A DNA stretch of 64,000 bases, taken from positions 40,238,001 to 40,302,000 of the forward strand of contig NC_135759.1 of the NCBI RefSeq assembly GCF_052425735.1, in the 5' to 3' direction. This document shows, piece by piece, positions 13,609-27,040 of the stretch (within the stretch, counting starts at the first letter, position 1; each line of letters begins with the position of its first letter). This DNA is from Oculina patagonica. Taxonomy: Eukaryota. A program made the translations under genes and the position numbers. A model generated the notes under the pieces. That model was not told the origin of the DNA and did no database searches. It was given only the letters and a program-made list of their open reading frames with translations.

Positions 13609-16600
13609 ATGAAGAGTCTTACGCTATTTGCTTTCATGGCAGTTATCGCCACTGGTGAGTCTATTTCTTTTTTTTTTTTTTTTTCAAGGGCAAGCTTAAG
13701 TAACGAAAGTTTGTCTCACCAAACCGATATGGGCGTGTTGATTCGTCATCGATAGAGTGGTCTACTATTTCTCCAAGAAATTATTCTGTAAGCCTTTTTA
13801 TCATCTAAATTTCCAACACATTTAAGAATTTCAAGACGTACGGGAAAATACTGGTTAACACTGTCATATGGAACTACAAAATCACAAGGATCATAAAGGC
13901 GGCTATTTTCGAGTTTCAAATTTATTTTTGATTGGTGAACGACGCGAGAAAGCGAAGGCCGTTTAATAAAAACTCAATACCAAAGTTGCTTAACCGGTTA
14001 TGTTGTCTTTGATTGGAGACGTATGAATAAGTGTAAAGGAAGGATGGTATTGAAGCCATCATTAGTTATGTGTTATTTAGGAAAGCCGTAATGTGCTATT
14101 TAGGAACGATTTTGTGCTGGTTAAAACTTTTTCGGTTATCTTATGGCACTTTGAAAAACATTAATTTTCGAACTTCTACTAACAAATGAAGGCGGTGGCT
14201 ATGACTTTCAAATCATCGATTCTTACAAGGTTAGAAGAATGATAGTTTTTCTTTTGAAGCAAGGCGTATAACCGGATAAAGAATTATTCAATGCCTTTCT
14301 TGCATGCGTTAAACATTCTAGCTGGAATATTTTGGCGGGCAAAAAATCATTTCCTTCTTATGATTACAAGGCTGTGCTTTAGATTGGATTATTTTTATTT
14401 AACTCACTTTTCCTAAATTTGCACCGATGACTATTCAGTTCTATAAATGAGAAAACGTTTGTTCATGTTTCGGATTCAGCGAAATAAAGCTAGCGGGCGC
14501 GACCGCTGTTTGAATTTTTTCATTTTGTGACAGAAAAGCATTCATGTCGACCTTTTTCGCACAGAGATGGAAAAAACATCTCTAAAAAGTCTAAAAAGAA
14601 AAAGTATTTCCGCGTGCAAACTTTGCAAGCTTGAGTTTGCCTGGGATAATGAAACTTTGTTGCGACTTGCGGTTTTCGTATCCATGGAACCCGCCCACAA
14701 CACCCAAACACTGAAACTCGTGTGCCGACACGCTGGCGCTGGGAAAGGCAGGAAAAACGCTTAACAATTTTCAGAATAGCCTCAATTTTAGCCGTATTAA
14801 GCGAACAGAGAAGACGTTTAAAATTTAGGCTATTTTCGGAAAGAAATTTTCGACCATTTCCAAATACAGTCAGTCAGCTCGCTGTTTTCTTCGGAAAGAA
14901 AATACATTATTCTTTTCTATTTTTTCTCATCTACGTAATTATCCTTATGGTCGTGAAAACATTTGAAGGAATACACGGTTTGAGTTCTTTAAGTTTTCAA
15001 AGAAAATGAAACATTTATTTGACCTTTTCAAACAGAGATGGAATCATTTGTAAAAAGAAAATTTATCACTGTGTGAGAGTATTTTTAAACTTTGCATGAG
15101 CCTGAGATTTACATGACACTTTGCCCGCAAGGTGTGACTTTTGCATCCATGGAACTCGCCCAAAACACACAAACAATCTCAATGTGGACGATACTCTGCA
15201 AACATTGACCTCTTTGAATGCTTCTGAAATACAGTAAAACCAAAAGAAAACCTGAAACTTCGCTAGAGCTATGCTCTCTTGCGCAAGGCTGGAAAAAGCT
15301 AAATTATTTTCAGAAAAAATTCTCCAGTTTTGTTCAGCTCGTTGTTTTGCCAGACCTTATCTAATTCTTTTCTCATTTTTCTGAATCTACATACTGACTA
15401 TCTTTGTGGCCGCGAAAAATATTGGAGGAATACATTTGTTTCGGTTGTAAGCTCGACGGAAACCACGGCCTCGCTTTCAATTCTGTCATTTTCTCACAGA
15501 AAAAAGTTATGACTTTTGTGTACAAAGATGGAAATCATTTGTAAAAAGAATAGTATTCCGGTGTGAGAGCAGTTTGAATTTATGAAATGAAACTTTACCC
15601 TTGAGGTGTGACTTTCGTGTCCATGGAAACCGCCCAAAACACGTTAACAACATTGTGTGGAAGACAGTGCAAAAATCACGACCTCACCGAGCGGTTTTGA
15701 AATACAACAAAAAACTGTTAACTTCGATAGTGCCGAGCTCTCTAAGGCAAGGGCTGTAAAAGCGAGAATATTTTCAGAAAGGAATTCTTCATTGTCAGTC
15801 ATCTAGCTGTTTCGCGTCCTAGTTAATTATTAAAGAGAAGATTCGCATTTGAGGCCCAGGGAACATATTTTGCTATGATCACAAGTCAGTACACCCACAA
15901 GTGAGAAGTTTATGCGATCACATTCGATTCTTGCTCGCAGATGTTGAAACTTTCGGCAGAAACGAGAGGCAAGTTTGCGATGTCAAACTAACACGGCAGG
16001 CGCCTACATTTTCGAAAAACAGTTTTTTCTTTAAAGGTAAAACAAAACAATTGTTTTCAAGCGAAAGTTAGAGACTTTAAGAAAATATTTTGGCTTACTA
16101 AGACATGAACAGCAGCATTAGAAACATTAGAAACGCGTGCAGGTGGATTTCAACGCGTTATCTGCAGACAAAAAACAATGGCAATGCTAACTCAGCGAGG
16201 TGCCCTTGGCTCTCTTGTCACTTACTGCTTGTAATTGGCTCATGGCCAGAACTATCAACTAAAATGTTGCACTAATGGAATTTTTAACCCTTGACACCCA
16301 TTCCCCGGGAGCCCAGGGGGAACCCAACTGCAGAAGCACACACTCAGCAACGAGGATGCAGGAGCGGCGCCCCGCCCCTGCTCCTCGTCTCGACCACCCC
16401 CGCAAGGACAAAGAAGGGGGGACGACAACGGGCCCGGAGGCTGAGAGCCCAGGCACACATGAGTCGAAGCGACAGCCACAGACCCGAACCACGACGTGCG
16501 ACGCACAGTGAATGACGCCCAAGCGCCGAAGCGCGTTCGGAGTGAAAGGGTTAATGTGTTCGTCAATTAGTTCTGAAAAACAGCCCTACTAAAGGTGCTA

Positions 16601-17806
16601 TGTTACGAACAGCAATGATTTTATTTTGACAAGTTTGTGGTTCGTATTCCGCCCTCCCTTAGTCTCAACCAATGCATTCTTTTTTTTATTTTCGGTTGAG
16701 TAATTACTTCTTTGTTATCTTTCAACCTTACCAAACTGTTACACTGAGTTTTCTTTCAATATTTGTTTTAATTTCATTTGGTACCTCAGAAAAATGACTT
16801 AAAATATCGTGACATTCGCCAGTCCAAAAAAAAAAAAGGAAAATAAAGAAAAAAAGAAACAGCTCTGACCTGAGTTAAAATTGCAAGTCAGTCAAGAAAC
16901 ACTAATAAACACGTTACTAAGGGAAACGTTACGAGATTTAAAAGATAATTTTTAAACTCGGAGGTATCTTCTTAATTGTGAAGTGCTCTCCACACATTGT
17001 TTACCCAGACGTATGATATTTTTTTACGTTCCGTTTGCTATTGAAATTCTTATGGTTTTGTTTAAGTGAAGGATAAATTCAGCAGTATCCCTTGCTTATT
17101 GTTCTAAATTCAACAGAACATTGAAACCTGTTTCAATAGTTTTTTAAACTACGAGAAATGTACTCTTTTTGATAACTAGCAAAATATGTCCTATAGCTTA
17201 GATCATAACGAGCGGGCGAGCCAAATTACGTTGACCCAAGCCTCGCTTAATACAATGTCACTTAAAGTTCATATTTGATGTTCATAATTTTACCGGATGG
17301 CTTTTTTTTTTAAAAAAAAGTTGACATATAATAAAATACCACTAAGAAATCTGAGAAATGAACTTTGTAAGAAACAAAATTTATTTCGTGCGAAGCTTGC
17401 AGAAATTAGATTGTGTCGAAGTCCCTCCGTGTTTAAGCACTCACTTTCTCAAAAACGTTTCATTGTAGGTTATAGCCTCAAGTGTTACTCTTGTATCCCA
17501 AAAGAAGAAGGCGATTGTGAAACTGACAAACTAGATAAGGATAAAGACACCATGACCTGCCCTGACGGTATGGACAAGTGTATGAGGACCTGGGGTAAAG
17601 ACAAAGATGGTAAAGAAATGGTTGCTAACTCCTGCTCCAATCAGGCCACGTGCGATACGGCCGAGGAAGCGTGTAAGGAGCCCGAAGAGGGTGAATGCAA
17701 AGTCGGCTGCTGCGACTCAGACGAATGTAACGCCAGCTCCACCGTCTCCTTCAGTGTAATCCTGATGGCCGCGTGCTCCGTGTTTGGCCTGGCACTAATG
17801 AAGTGA
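13609..17806 (+). CDS. LU gene 2: acidic Ly6/uPAR domain GPI-type protein, 127 aa; exons 13609-13654 and 17469-17806
   Basis: Exon 1 MKSLTLFAFMAVIAT G|GTGAGT. Acceptor cattgtag| in phase 1 to GYSLKCYSC...KCMRTW...NSCSNQATCDTAEEACKEPEEGECKVGCCDSDECN, then tail ASSTVSFSVILMAACSVFGLALMK*. AATAAA at 17944. Confidence 0.92.
14555..15800. repeat. Three diverged copies of a ~480-bp tandem unit in LU gene 2 intron
   Basis: CA(G/A)AGATGGAA...TCCATGGAA.CGCCCA.AACAC recurs at about 14560, 15033 and 15523. Confidence 0.7.
16288..16550. mobile_element. piggyBac-type MITE (GC-rich) in LU gene 2 intron
   Basis: TTAA-CCCTTGACAC ... GTGAAAGGG-TTAA. Confidence 0.75.
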
Positions 17807-18828
17807 TCTGAGTCCAAGGAAGACCAGAGCCTTTGTTTCGAAAACATTTCACCTTTGTAAACACTACGAAATTTGCTAAGAGAAATTTTGAGTAACTTAG
17901 CAACGCACAAGCATTTTGTAACGTTTTTCTGGAAGTGATCGTAAATAAAGAATTTTGCACCAAATGTTTATGATGTATGACTTACTAATTATCGACAAGA
18001 GCGAAGCTACGTTAGAACCCCAGCCCGCCCATCTTATTTCCCGATAAGTCAGCCCCTTTTCTTTGGTAGATAAATACACCATTCCATATTTTACAATAAC
18101 TGGCAAAATTCTCGCGAGCTCTTTGGAAGAGAGCTATGGTCGATGAGTATACAGTGACCATGAAATTGATCTAACCTGTAACGCAGCTCAAGACATCGGT
18201 TCCTGAAATTCGAGAAATTGTCGGAGTTTTTCAATAAACGAAACCAGATATTCGTGAAAAGTCAATAAGGATATATATTATATGACCTGATATGACTGGC
18301 TCTGTGAGCGGTCAAATTGAATTTAATCTCGTGCTCTGATTGGCTACCCGAGAGGTCAAGATGGAGCCATCTTGACCACTCGGGATCGCCCGTTGTGTTC
18401 CCGCAAGCCAAAAATCTTTTTCTGACGCTACTTTAAAAAGCTTTTCGTCGTAAATTTACACTTTGAAACTACTTTCCGAAACAACACAAAGAATTTATGT
18501 CTGTTTCTAAGAGTAGGGAGTCCAATAACAAAGAAATAGGTCTTGAAGCGAATGAAAACAAACAAATTAAATGATTTTAATTTTCAGTTGGCCCCATCAG
18601 GATAAAGTCGCGCGCGCCATTGATTGTGCATGCAGCTGGCTTCCTTTTCAGTGCTCTTAAAAAACAAATAATATAATAAATCCTAAAAAAACAAATCATG
18701 TAATAAATCCTTTATTGACGAAGCTTGTTCGTTCAAGATTTCGCGCGAAATTTATGACAAACTCGCCAACTTCCGAGCCCAAAAGTTTCGCTCTGTCACA
18801 CTCGCGCGATTTCGCACTGATTCTCACC

Positions 18829-21800
18829 CAGAGCGCGCGCTAAAATGGAAGGGCGGCGAAACGCGCTCAGAGCTCTGAGCGATGTGTGATGCGGAGGCGG
18901 ACTGGGTCGAGTGGCTTCACAGAAGCAAAGTGAAAAACATGGCGGCGAGTGAGAATCGATGGCTGGTGGAGAAAAGTGATTGTTACGCGGAAAAAGCAAG
19001 AGATTTCCCCGAAATTCTTTTGGGAATGGAATTACGATAAAATTCCTCGACTGTCAGATGTTCGATTCTGTAAACACAGTGTTGCATTGTAACAAATAAA
19101 ACCAACTTGCTCGAAAGGCTTTTTACCTTTTCTTCGGACGCTAGCAATCAAGCACCAATTACATAAAAGGTATGGTCAGAGATAGCTCAGTTTCCAAGCA
19201 ATAAAAACAGTAGGTATTGCTTTTTCATCTGTGTTTATTTCATTTTGAACTTTTTTTTGAACTTTTTGAGTTGAAAGTTAATACATTTTTGACTGTGCAA
19301 TCAGAGTGCTCTCACTATCTTTAGCAGTTTACTCCTCTCTCTGCAATCATATTGCCCCGTCTTTAACTGTGATCACGAATAATGATAGAGTATTTTTGCA
19401 AAATCTGACAAGCGAAAATCACTGAAATCTTCCTTTACCTTGATAGCCTCAGTTAATTGAGACTGAAGCTCAGAAAATGTCTGTGAAGTAAATATATTAA
19501 ATAACTGAAAATGAAAATGTGGAGTTTGTATCCATCAACTATCCAGAAAAAGTAAATGTAATAAACAGGGTAAGTGTAACATGCTTTCTGTAATTTAAAT
19601 AAACCACTCTTAGCACGGAATATTCCTTTGGGTTTTGATCTCGACAGATACACTGAGTTGCACTTATAAGGTTACAAAATAACAGGCCGTAATTTTTTTT
19701 TTCAAAGATGTTACTATTTTTCTTAGAAATTAGAGTTTTAGCTTTAGCTTGCATACTGAAATTTTTAGTTATGATCCCCATCCACAACACTAAGTGGCCC
19801 ATCAGTTCAGTGTGACCAATCATCGATCTTTTTTTACTTTTCAGGGGCGTAGCCAGCTTTCTGGAGAGTTCTAGGCTTGGCCGCTTCTAGGTGGGGGATG
19901 CAAGGGGGAGGGGAGGGGTGTTCGAGGGCATCCTACCGATAAAGACCCTTAAAATTGCAATTTCACAGCACTAGCTAAATTTTTACATTTTACTACAGAG
20001 AATGGGCCAACTTTCACTCATTGCCAAATATATAAACGTACTTGTCTTTGACGACACATGCCCTATCACTTGGCTACTCTAGAAGTCTTCCGAGTGTCTA
20101 CTTGCTTGAGACTTGACCAATCGCGAAAGTTTATTTGCGATATTTACAATGCACATTGCTTTCGATTTCATCTTGAAAGTGCTTCAGCCTAAATTGCTCT
20201 CCATTGTACATGAAAATATGAGCGGGCTAACAAATTTGTAGGCCCGCGCCAACTTTATTAATATCACTTGCTGACAAATAATGTATTGGAAAACACCAAG
20301 GAATGTATTGTTTCCAGGGGTTGATCTAGGGGGGATCCGCTCCCACACCTGAGATGAACTGCCATTTTCTAATACGATCCCTTAAAGAATTGTGGTGCTG
20401 CCCCCTCATATTTGATTTATAAAAGGTGAAATAAAAAGTCACTATTTCTTAATGCAGAGGACCACTTGACACTGATAAATTTCTTGGTCAGGTAACTTGT
20501 TTCCAGATCTCCATACACACCAGTAATGAAATGTTTATGAAAAGACTTCTTAGCCAAGGCATTCCATGCTGCTTTTTTGACATCCTCTTTCTCCACTGAT
20601 ATTATTGTTAAGAGTAATTTGTTTTATACAACAAGCATTGGTCAAGCTGCTTTTGCAAAAAAATCAAGGTCTGCTTTTTATCCTTACATCACCAAAGTAA
20701 AAGGCAAATTGTTAAAACAAAAAAGTTCGTAAAGAATGTCATTTGATAATTGAAAAGAGGGGGACCTGACCTTCATGAAATTTTGATGTTTGCGCTTTAA
20801 ACACATACACATTTGCTTGACTAGCACCTAGTGTAGGGAAGGCTTGAAAAGTTTTGTACTCATTATTTGCATTGAAATTCATTCACATATCCTATCATTT
20901 TTTGTGTACCTCCACACATCTGATTGTGGAGGTACACATAGGAATGATTTTACCACAGACAGAGACGGTGTGGCCATGGAGAGAAGAGTAAACTGCTAAA
21001 GATAGTGATAGCACTCTGATTGCACAGTCAAATCAAAGTCTCTTCGAGATCTCGACGTTTTTGCATGAAGTATGAGTCGAACTTATCATTACAGTTTCTT
21101 TGTAGTTTAGTTTAACAATTTCCTATCTTCGCGGAGGAAATGCAGCCATATAATTTTGTCAAAAATGGCTCGTCCGCGCCGGGTATTTATACACATATTC
21201 CTTAACATTACACAAATAAACAGTGCAAATTTCACCGAGATCTGACAATTCTATACTTAAAAATTGCAAGGACCTTTTGAGGCAGTCGATTACGGCAGCG
21301 AAATGAGCAAATGAAACAGCAAAATATGCGTTCGACGCTTTGTTTTTGCGACGCCATATTTGAATCGTTATAGGTAGACCGCTGTTCAATGTGTTCAAGG
21401 CCGTATCGTTACGATTGCTCCACGAAAAAGCACGAAAAAAAAAATACGGATATTTTCGACTACTGTCGGAGAAAACATTGCGCATATAATTGCGGCGTAA
21501 ACAAATCGTTACACTCAAGCTGCGTTTTGTCTAGGCTCTGCGAGGGTCGGATATCAAGACCCAGGATTAAACAAAAGCCATATATACAGTGAATGCTTTC
21601 GAATTATATTTGAAGATGAAATACGAAAGAATTTTGCTGTCTTTGACTGAAATTCCACTCGAACTGCGTAGATACGATCGCATGTTGTAAAGCCGATTCA
21701 TGCAACATTGCTGTCAACGCGAGGTCTCGTCCCTAACGACCTAAGCTGATGACGAAATAGAATGGCGCTTGCATGTAGCGACCAAATTTGGCCTAATTTT

Positions 21801-22727
21801 TAACCGCTACTTAGCTAAAAGAAGCCCCCATCTCTTGCATTTGTTTTAACTTCAATAATATCTTTGAAAAGAGCGAGTTTTTTGTTATGGTTTATTTTTG
21901 ACGTTTGTAATTTTTAAACGATGTAAGTGCAAGTGATTATTTATTCGTGTTTTAGTTACGCAATCCATTGTTTGTGCGACGCTTTTTATAGATCGCCTTT
22001 CAGACACACGTGCGTTGAGATAAGAAAGCTGACATGTCACTTTTAAAATTGTTATATAACGTTTGTAAATGTGACAAGTCACGTTTTTTCCACGAGATCG
22101 CAAGTGATCACCCACAGCGGAAAGTAATCCCTTGAGAATTTAAAACAGTCCCTTGAGAAATTAAAAAAGTCCCTTGAGAGTTTACAAATATGTGGTTCCA
22201 AATTTTGTCCACATAACCCCTATTCTACGTTTTTAGCTTGTAAACAAGCAAAAACGTCGAAAAAAGTATGAACTTTCAACTCAAAAAGTTCAAAAACGTT
22301 CAAAATGAAATTTATACCGATCAAAGAGCAATACATGAGGTTTGTATTGCTTGGAAACTGAGCCATCTCTGACCATTACTTTTATGTAATTGGTGTTTGA
22401 TTGCTAGCGTCTGAAGAAAAGGTAAAAAGCCTTTCATACAAGTTGGTTTTATTTGTGATAATGCAAAATTGTGTTTACAGAATCTAGCACTTTCTAACTT
22501 CTGACAGTCGAGGAAACTTATCGTTATTCCATTCCCAAAAGAATTTCGAGGAAATCTCTTGCTGTTTCCGTGTAACAGTCACTTTTCTCCACCTGCCGTC
22601 GAGTCTCACTCGCCGCCATGTTTTTCACGTCGCTTCTGTGAAGCGCGCTCGACCCAGTCCGCCTCCGCATCACACATCGCTCAAGAGCCCTGAGCGCGTT
22701 TCGCTGCCCTTCCTTTTTAGCGCCCTG
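18829..22727. mobile_element. 3.9-kb non-autonomous DNA transposon with ~460-bp TIRs and 8-bp TSD (P- or hAT-like)
   Basis: 18829-19293 is the inverted counterpart of 22257-22727; termini CAGAGCGC / GCGCCCTG; perfect TSD TTCTCACC at 18821-18828 and 22728-22735. Confidence 0.85.
19289..21032. mobile_element. Nested element with ~50-bp TIRs inside the 3.9-kb element
   Basis: TTGACTGTGCAATCAGAGTGCT.TCACTATCTTTAGCAGTTTACTC is inverted at about 20985-21032; no clear TSD. Confidence 0.65.
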
Positions 22728-23529
22728 TTCTCACCATTCGCCGGATAGTTTTCAATGCTATTGCAAAAAACATATTGAACACATTTTTTCGATGGACTAC
22801 ATTCTTATATACCATACATAAATTATCCAAAACGTACTTTGCAATGTAAGCATTCGCCTGCAGCTGGTAGTTTCATACGGGTTTTAAACATTTTACGCGT
22901 AATTTCTTTGGTCTACTTAACAATTAGTCAACGAGCCCGAGTTTTATATTAGCGAATTGTCATAGAGGCCGTAACCACACCACTGTTTAAACACTGTAGC
23001 AAGACCAGACCACTATTAGTAGATTTCTAATTAATACCAACACCTTCATTGGATTTTAAAGTAGCACTTAATCTTGGTGACACTGCCCTTAAACCCTGTT
23101 TTGCAGTATTAACTTAGAATTTGACATGGTCGCTAAATAATGATTTCCTAAATGAAATAAAATGATTTCTTGTATAAAGGGATCTTAAAGCTAGCCACAG
23201 TGGTGGAGGACCAAGCTTCCTCGGAAGTGTTGTTCTGGCCATAACTGGAAGACATAAATAATTCTTCATCTCTATATCTGCTCATGGGGCAGGCTTAAAT
23301 TGATTTAGTGAGCAAAGGGGATATACACAGTTCTTTCGCTTACAAAAGTTAGCTAGGCACAACGAGATTAGCTAAGCTGGAACTAATTTATTCACAATTA
23401 TATATAAGCTTTCGGGATTGAGGACTATGATTGTTAATGTTTATTTTACGAAAGGGGCATTGACCAGGTTACATCTAAGGAAGAATGGCAAAATGAAACT
23501 CACCCATTTAGGATCCAAAGTGGCACGTA

Positions 23530-24720
23530 AGGCTTCCACTTCAAGTGTCCTCCCCTGCTATCGATTCTTAGCCTGTTGCCTGATATTTGGAGGGTGAGGC
23601 CATGCGCTCCACCCTTTCTCTCTCATTGTCCTTCGTCAGGTTACCTTAGGGCTGAATGCCTCCCTTAGGGCGTCGATCTCACTACAACTTAGAGCAGCGA
23701 GACTGCTTCTATGCCCCAGGCATCTTCACCACAATTGGGAGAGTGGCTCCAGATTACAGGATAGTAGCAGGTATTTGTTGCTGATCCAGCATGGTGCTCT
23801 TGAAAATTCTGACCTTGGTTTGCAAATTAAGTTTAGTTGATTTCTAGATGTTCCAAAGGCCAAGTTTGCCTTAGGAAATTGTAGATCTTGTCAACACGTC
23901 CTTTGTAATCTTACTTTTTTTCCCTGCTGCTCAGGAAAGCGATCTCGTTGACTTATTCCTGCTATTGACAGTGACCGGTTTGTTGATTGCGGTGTTCAAC
24001 ATCATCTCTTTGTTGTTGCGACATTCACTTTCATGCAAGCCAGTCTGGCCTACAAATGAGGTACGTCGATCCATCTTCTCTTAGATGTCACTATGGCCGC
24101 TAGACAATAGGCTTATATCGTCTGCGAAATCAAAATGCTTAAGCGTCGAGGTGAGTGTCCACTGGAACCTTCTCAACTATTACCATCCTCATGAACCAGT
24201 CCATGGCCAGAAGGAAGAGGATACAGCCTTGTTTGACCCGCGTCTCGAAGCTCTTCGGACCACTTTACACAGGCAACCCCAAGCAGCATCTTGATAATGT
24301 CGACAATCCTCCATTGGATATCGATAAGTTCTAAGGATTTTTCACAGTGCCTCACGATGTAAGTTATTAGGATCAACATATAGGACATAGATATAATATG
24401 GTTATCACTTCTGTAAATCTGCTTCACTCCCTTGTATGTTTCTGAGTCTGTGCCATGTGGAGAGATGTCCCTTGAGACGAAGGGACTTTTACAACATTAT
24501 TTTCTTTACTGAATTGTTCCTCGTTAGTTCCTCGATCACTAACCTGGCAACATCGATGATCAGTAATTTTATACTCGACTCTTCCATTTTGTTATTAAAC
24601 TTGTGGATCATTATCTCAGTATTGTCCTCAGTGCAGCACGGAAAAATCTGTTCTCGAGGGAGTAAAATTATTTAAATAGAAGGAACACTCAGGATCTTGT
24701 AAGAAAACATTAAAAAGAAT
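23530..24720 (-). mobile_element. Decayed RTE-clade LINE reverse transcriptase fragment
   Basis: Minus-strand translation RVKQGCILFLLAMDWFMR and HFDFADDISLLS (RT QG and FADD motifs), with stops and frameshifts. Confidence 0.8.
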
Positions 24721-25286
24721 GCATACACGAAGAAAGATAAAGTGCATTCACAAGATAACTCATTGATGAGTTTGATTGTGCGTGAGTTAGTGAGTTAGTG
24801 CAAGGCCAGAAAAGTCCGTCAGAATAAACAAACGAGAAACACTTTTTTAGTTTAACTGAAAGTTATAAAGGGGCACAATCACGAAGATTGTGGTGCGTTT
24901 CTGGTCAGAACGGTCCTTAAACTACCTTCGCTCATACAAGAATTGTACCCAGAACACCAACATAATAAATGAAATATAAAAATAAATAAATAAATAACCT
25001 TTATTTATGCACGGATATATTAAAAGCTAGAAGCTAGTGGGATCAAGTATTCCCGATCGAATCGGAATTTAGAAGCTGTGTAGGTTTTTGTGTAGTGAGG
25101 ACCGTAGACCCGGAGAAAACCCTCAGAGCAAGGACGAGAACCAATTGGAACAACAAACTTATAGATGTAACGTAAATTGTCTCAGAAAGATCGAGAGATT
25201 TACATGTAACTGTAATCAATTTTTAGCGATTCTCCCAAGACACTTATGAAAACCTCGTGCATGGATACGTACACCATGGATACGTG

Positions 25287-26934
25287 TGTACTGTCGTAAA
25301 TTGTAATAACGTCGTGAATTGTAATACCTGTCGTAAATTGTAATAACAGTTGTCGTGAATTGTAATACCTGTCGTAAATTGTAATAACAGTTGTCGTAAA
25401 TTGTAATAATGCACCTATCGCAAATTGTAATAACACATTGCCGTAATTTGTAATACTGCGAGCTGTCGTAAATTGTAATAACACATTGTCGTGTTTTGTA
25501 ATAAGCAGTATTATCACACTCTATTCTTAACTTCAGATCTAGAGCAGTTTCTAATGGCAGCCTGGCAGGCCATTTTTGATCGTTTGGTAATGCTTTATGG
25601 TGAATTTGTTGCATGGAAAGAGAAAAACTACATTGAAAACATAATATTTCGCGCTCGTAACTAGTGCCAGTCCATGAAGGACCCCCCTAAACTCTGGCGA
25701 CGTACATCGAAGGGAATTAGTGAGAGGCTCCGGCAATTGTTATTATTTTTTTTTTCAAAAAATGTGCATTATTTTGATAAAAGAAAGAAAATACAAAACA
25801 AAATTCAAGTTCACAGCTTGTTTTTTTTTTCTAAATAAAAAGGGTAGAAATGGTACCTCATTAGTACTTAATTGCATTGCCCAGCCCCTCACTCTCAGGA
25901 GTGTTGGCACGGAGTGGGAAAGGTTAACTTCGCTGTTTCTTAGTTTTTACCTTTTTAACATTTATTTTTCAGTTATCTGGCTTCAACCTTTCTCCGCCGA
26001 TGATATTAATAAAAGGTTATTCACCGGACAATTCTTTCAGCCAAAACAAAATAAAAAAGCCATCCAAACAAAATTATTTAATTGAACATCACTGTGAAAA
26101 TAGGAGGAGTTCGGAATTACAATGGGTGGTCTGATACCACAACATCATTGCCGTGGAGCCTGGAAACAAAATCAATATGATGGCAATAAATATTGAGGAA
26201 GACAAGGTCGATGTGGTTGTAAAAATCAAACGAAAACACGGAGAAAAGAAAGAAGAACCGCCATTACTACTATTGAATGTTAAGAAATGCCATTAATCTG
26301 TTGTGTTTGACTACGTCATTATCTTCCTCATAGCTCGTTTTACTTTTTTTAACGTGAAAATTTAAGTCGGTCAGACGACACCGAAGGGACATAAAGGGTG
26401 GAATGGCTCAACACTTAAAAGACAAGCTAAATATCATGACAATATGTTTAGATGGTTTTTCCCTCACAAAAATGAAGACCAATGACTTGTTAAAAACCGA
26501 CTAGAGGAATAACAAATGTAACTTCACGTTTCCTTACAACGTGCTTTGCTGCAAATTTGTCGCAATTCTGGTGAGTAGTTAGCTAATAATGTTGAATAAC
26601 TATGACGATACAAAGCAGGAATAAATTTACACCACGAAATCTTTAACTGTTTTTCCCCAGTTATAGAAAACGAAAACCAGGTTTCTGTATGATTGCTAAT
26701 TCTCATATTAAAGGATTATTACAAAACACGACAATGTGTTATTACAATTTACGACAGCTCGGAGTATTACAAAATACGGCAATGTGTTATTACAATTTGC
26801 GATAGGTGCGTTATTACAAATCACGACAATTGTTATTACAATTTACGACAGCTATTACAATTCACGACAACTGTTATTACAATTTACGACAGGTATTACA
26901 ATTCACGACGTTTATTACAATTCACGACAGTACA
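25287..26934. mobile_element. 1.65-kb element with TGT...ACA ends, ~220-bp minisatellite TIRs and 6-bp TSD
   Basis: (TGTCGTAAATTGTAATAAC)-type arrays are inverted at both ends; TSD TACGTG at 25281-25286 and 26935-26940. Confidence 0.8.
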
Positions 26935-27040
26935 TACGTGCACCAGTTTCATTTCCCGGTTTCGCGCAAAGCGGAATATTTCGCTTCGGTCGCTGCCAGC
27001 GGGGAAACCGCGAGAAAAAAAACAAAAACAAAATTGGATA

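Noticed and set aside
16255-16566. Overlapping GC-rich ORFs
   Set aside because: They coincide with a 263-bp TTAA-flanked piggyBac-type MITE; no recognisable protein.
17297-17468. ORF-track N-terminal extensions of LU exons (also 2091-2190 and 56610-56625)
   Set aside because: Intronic read-through upstream of clear AG acceptors; the real N-termini come from separate signal exons.
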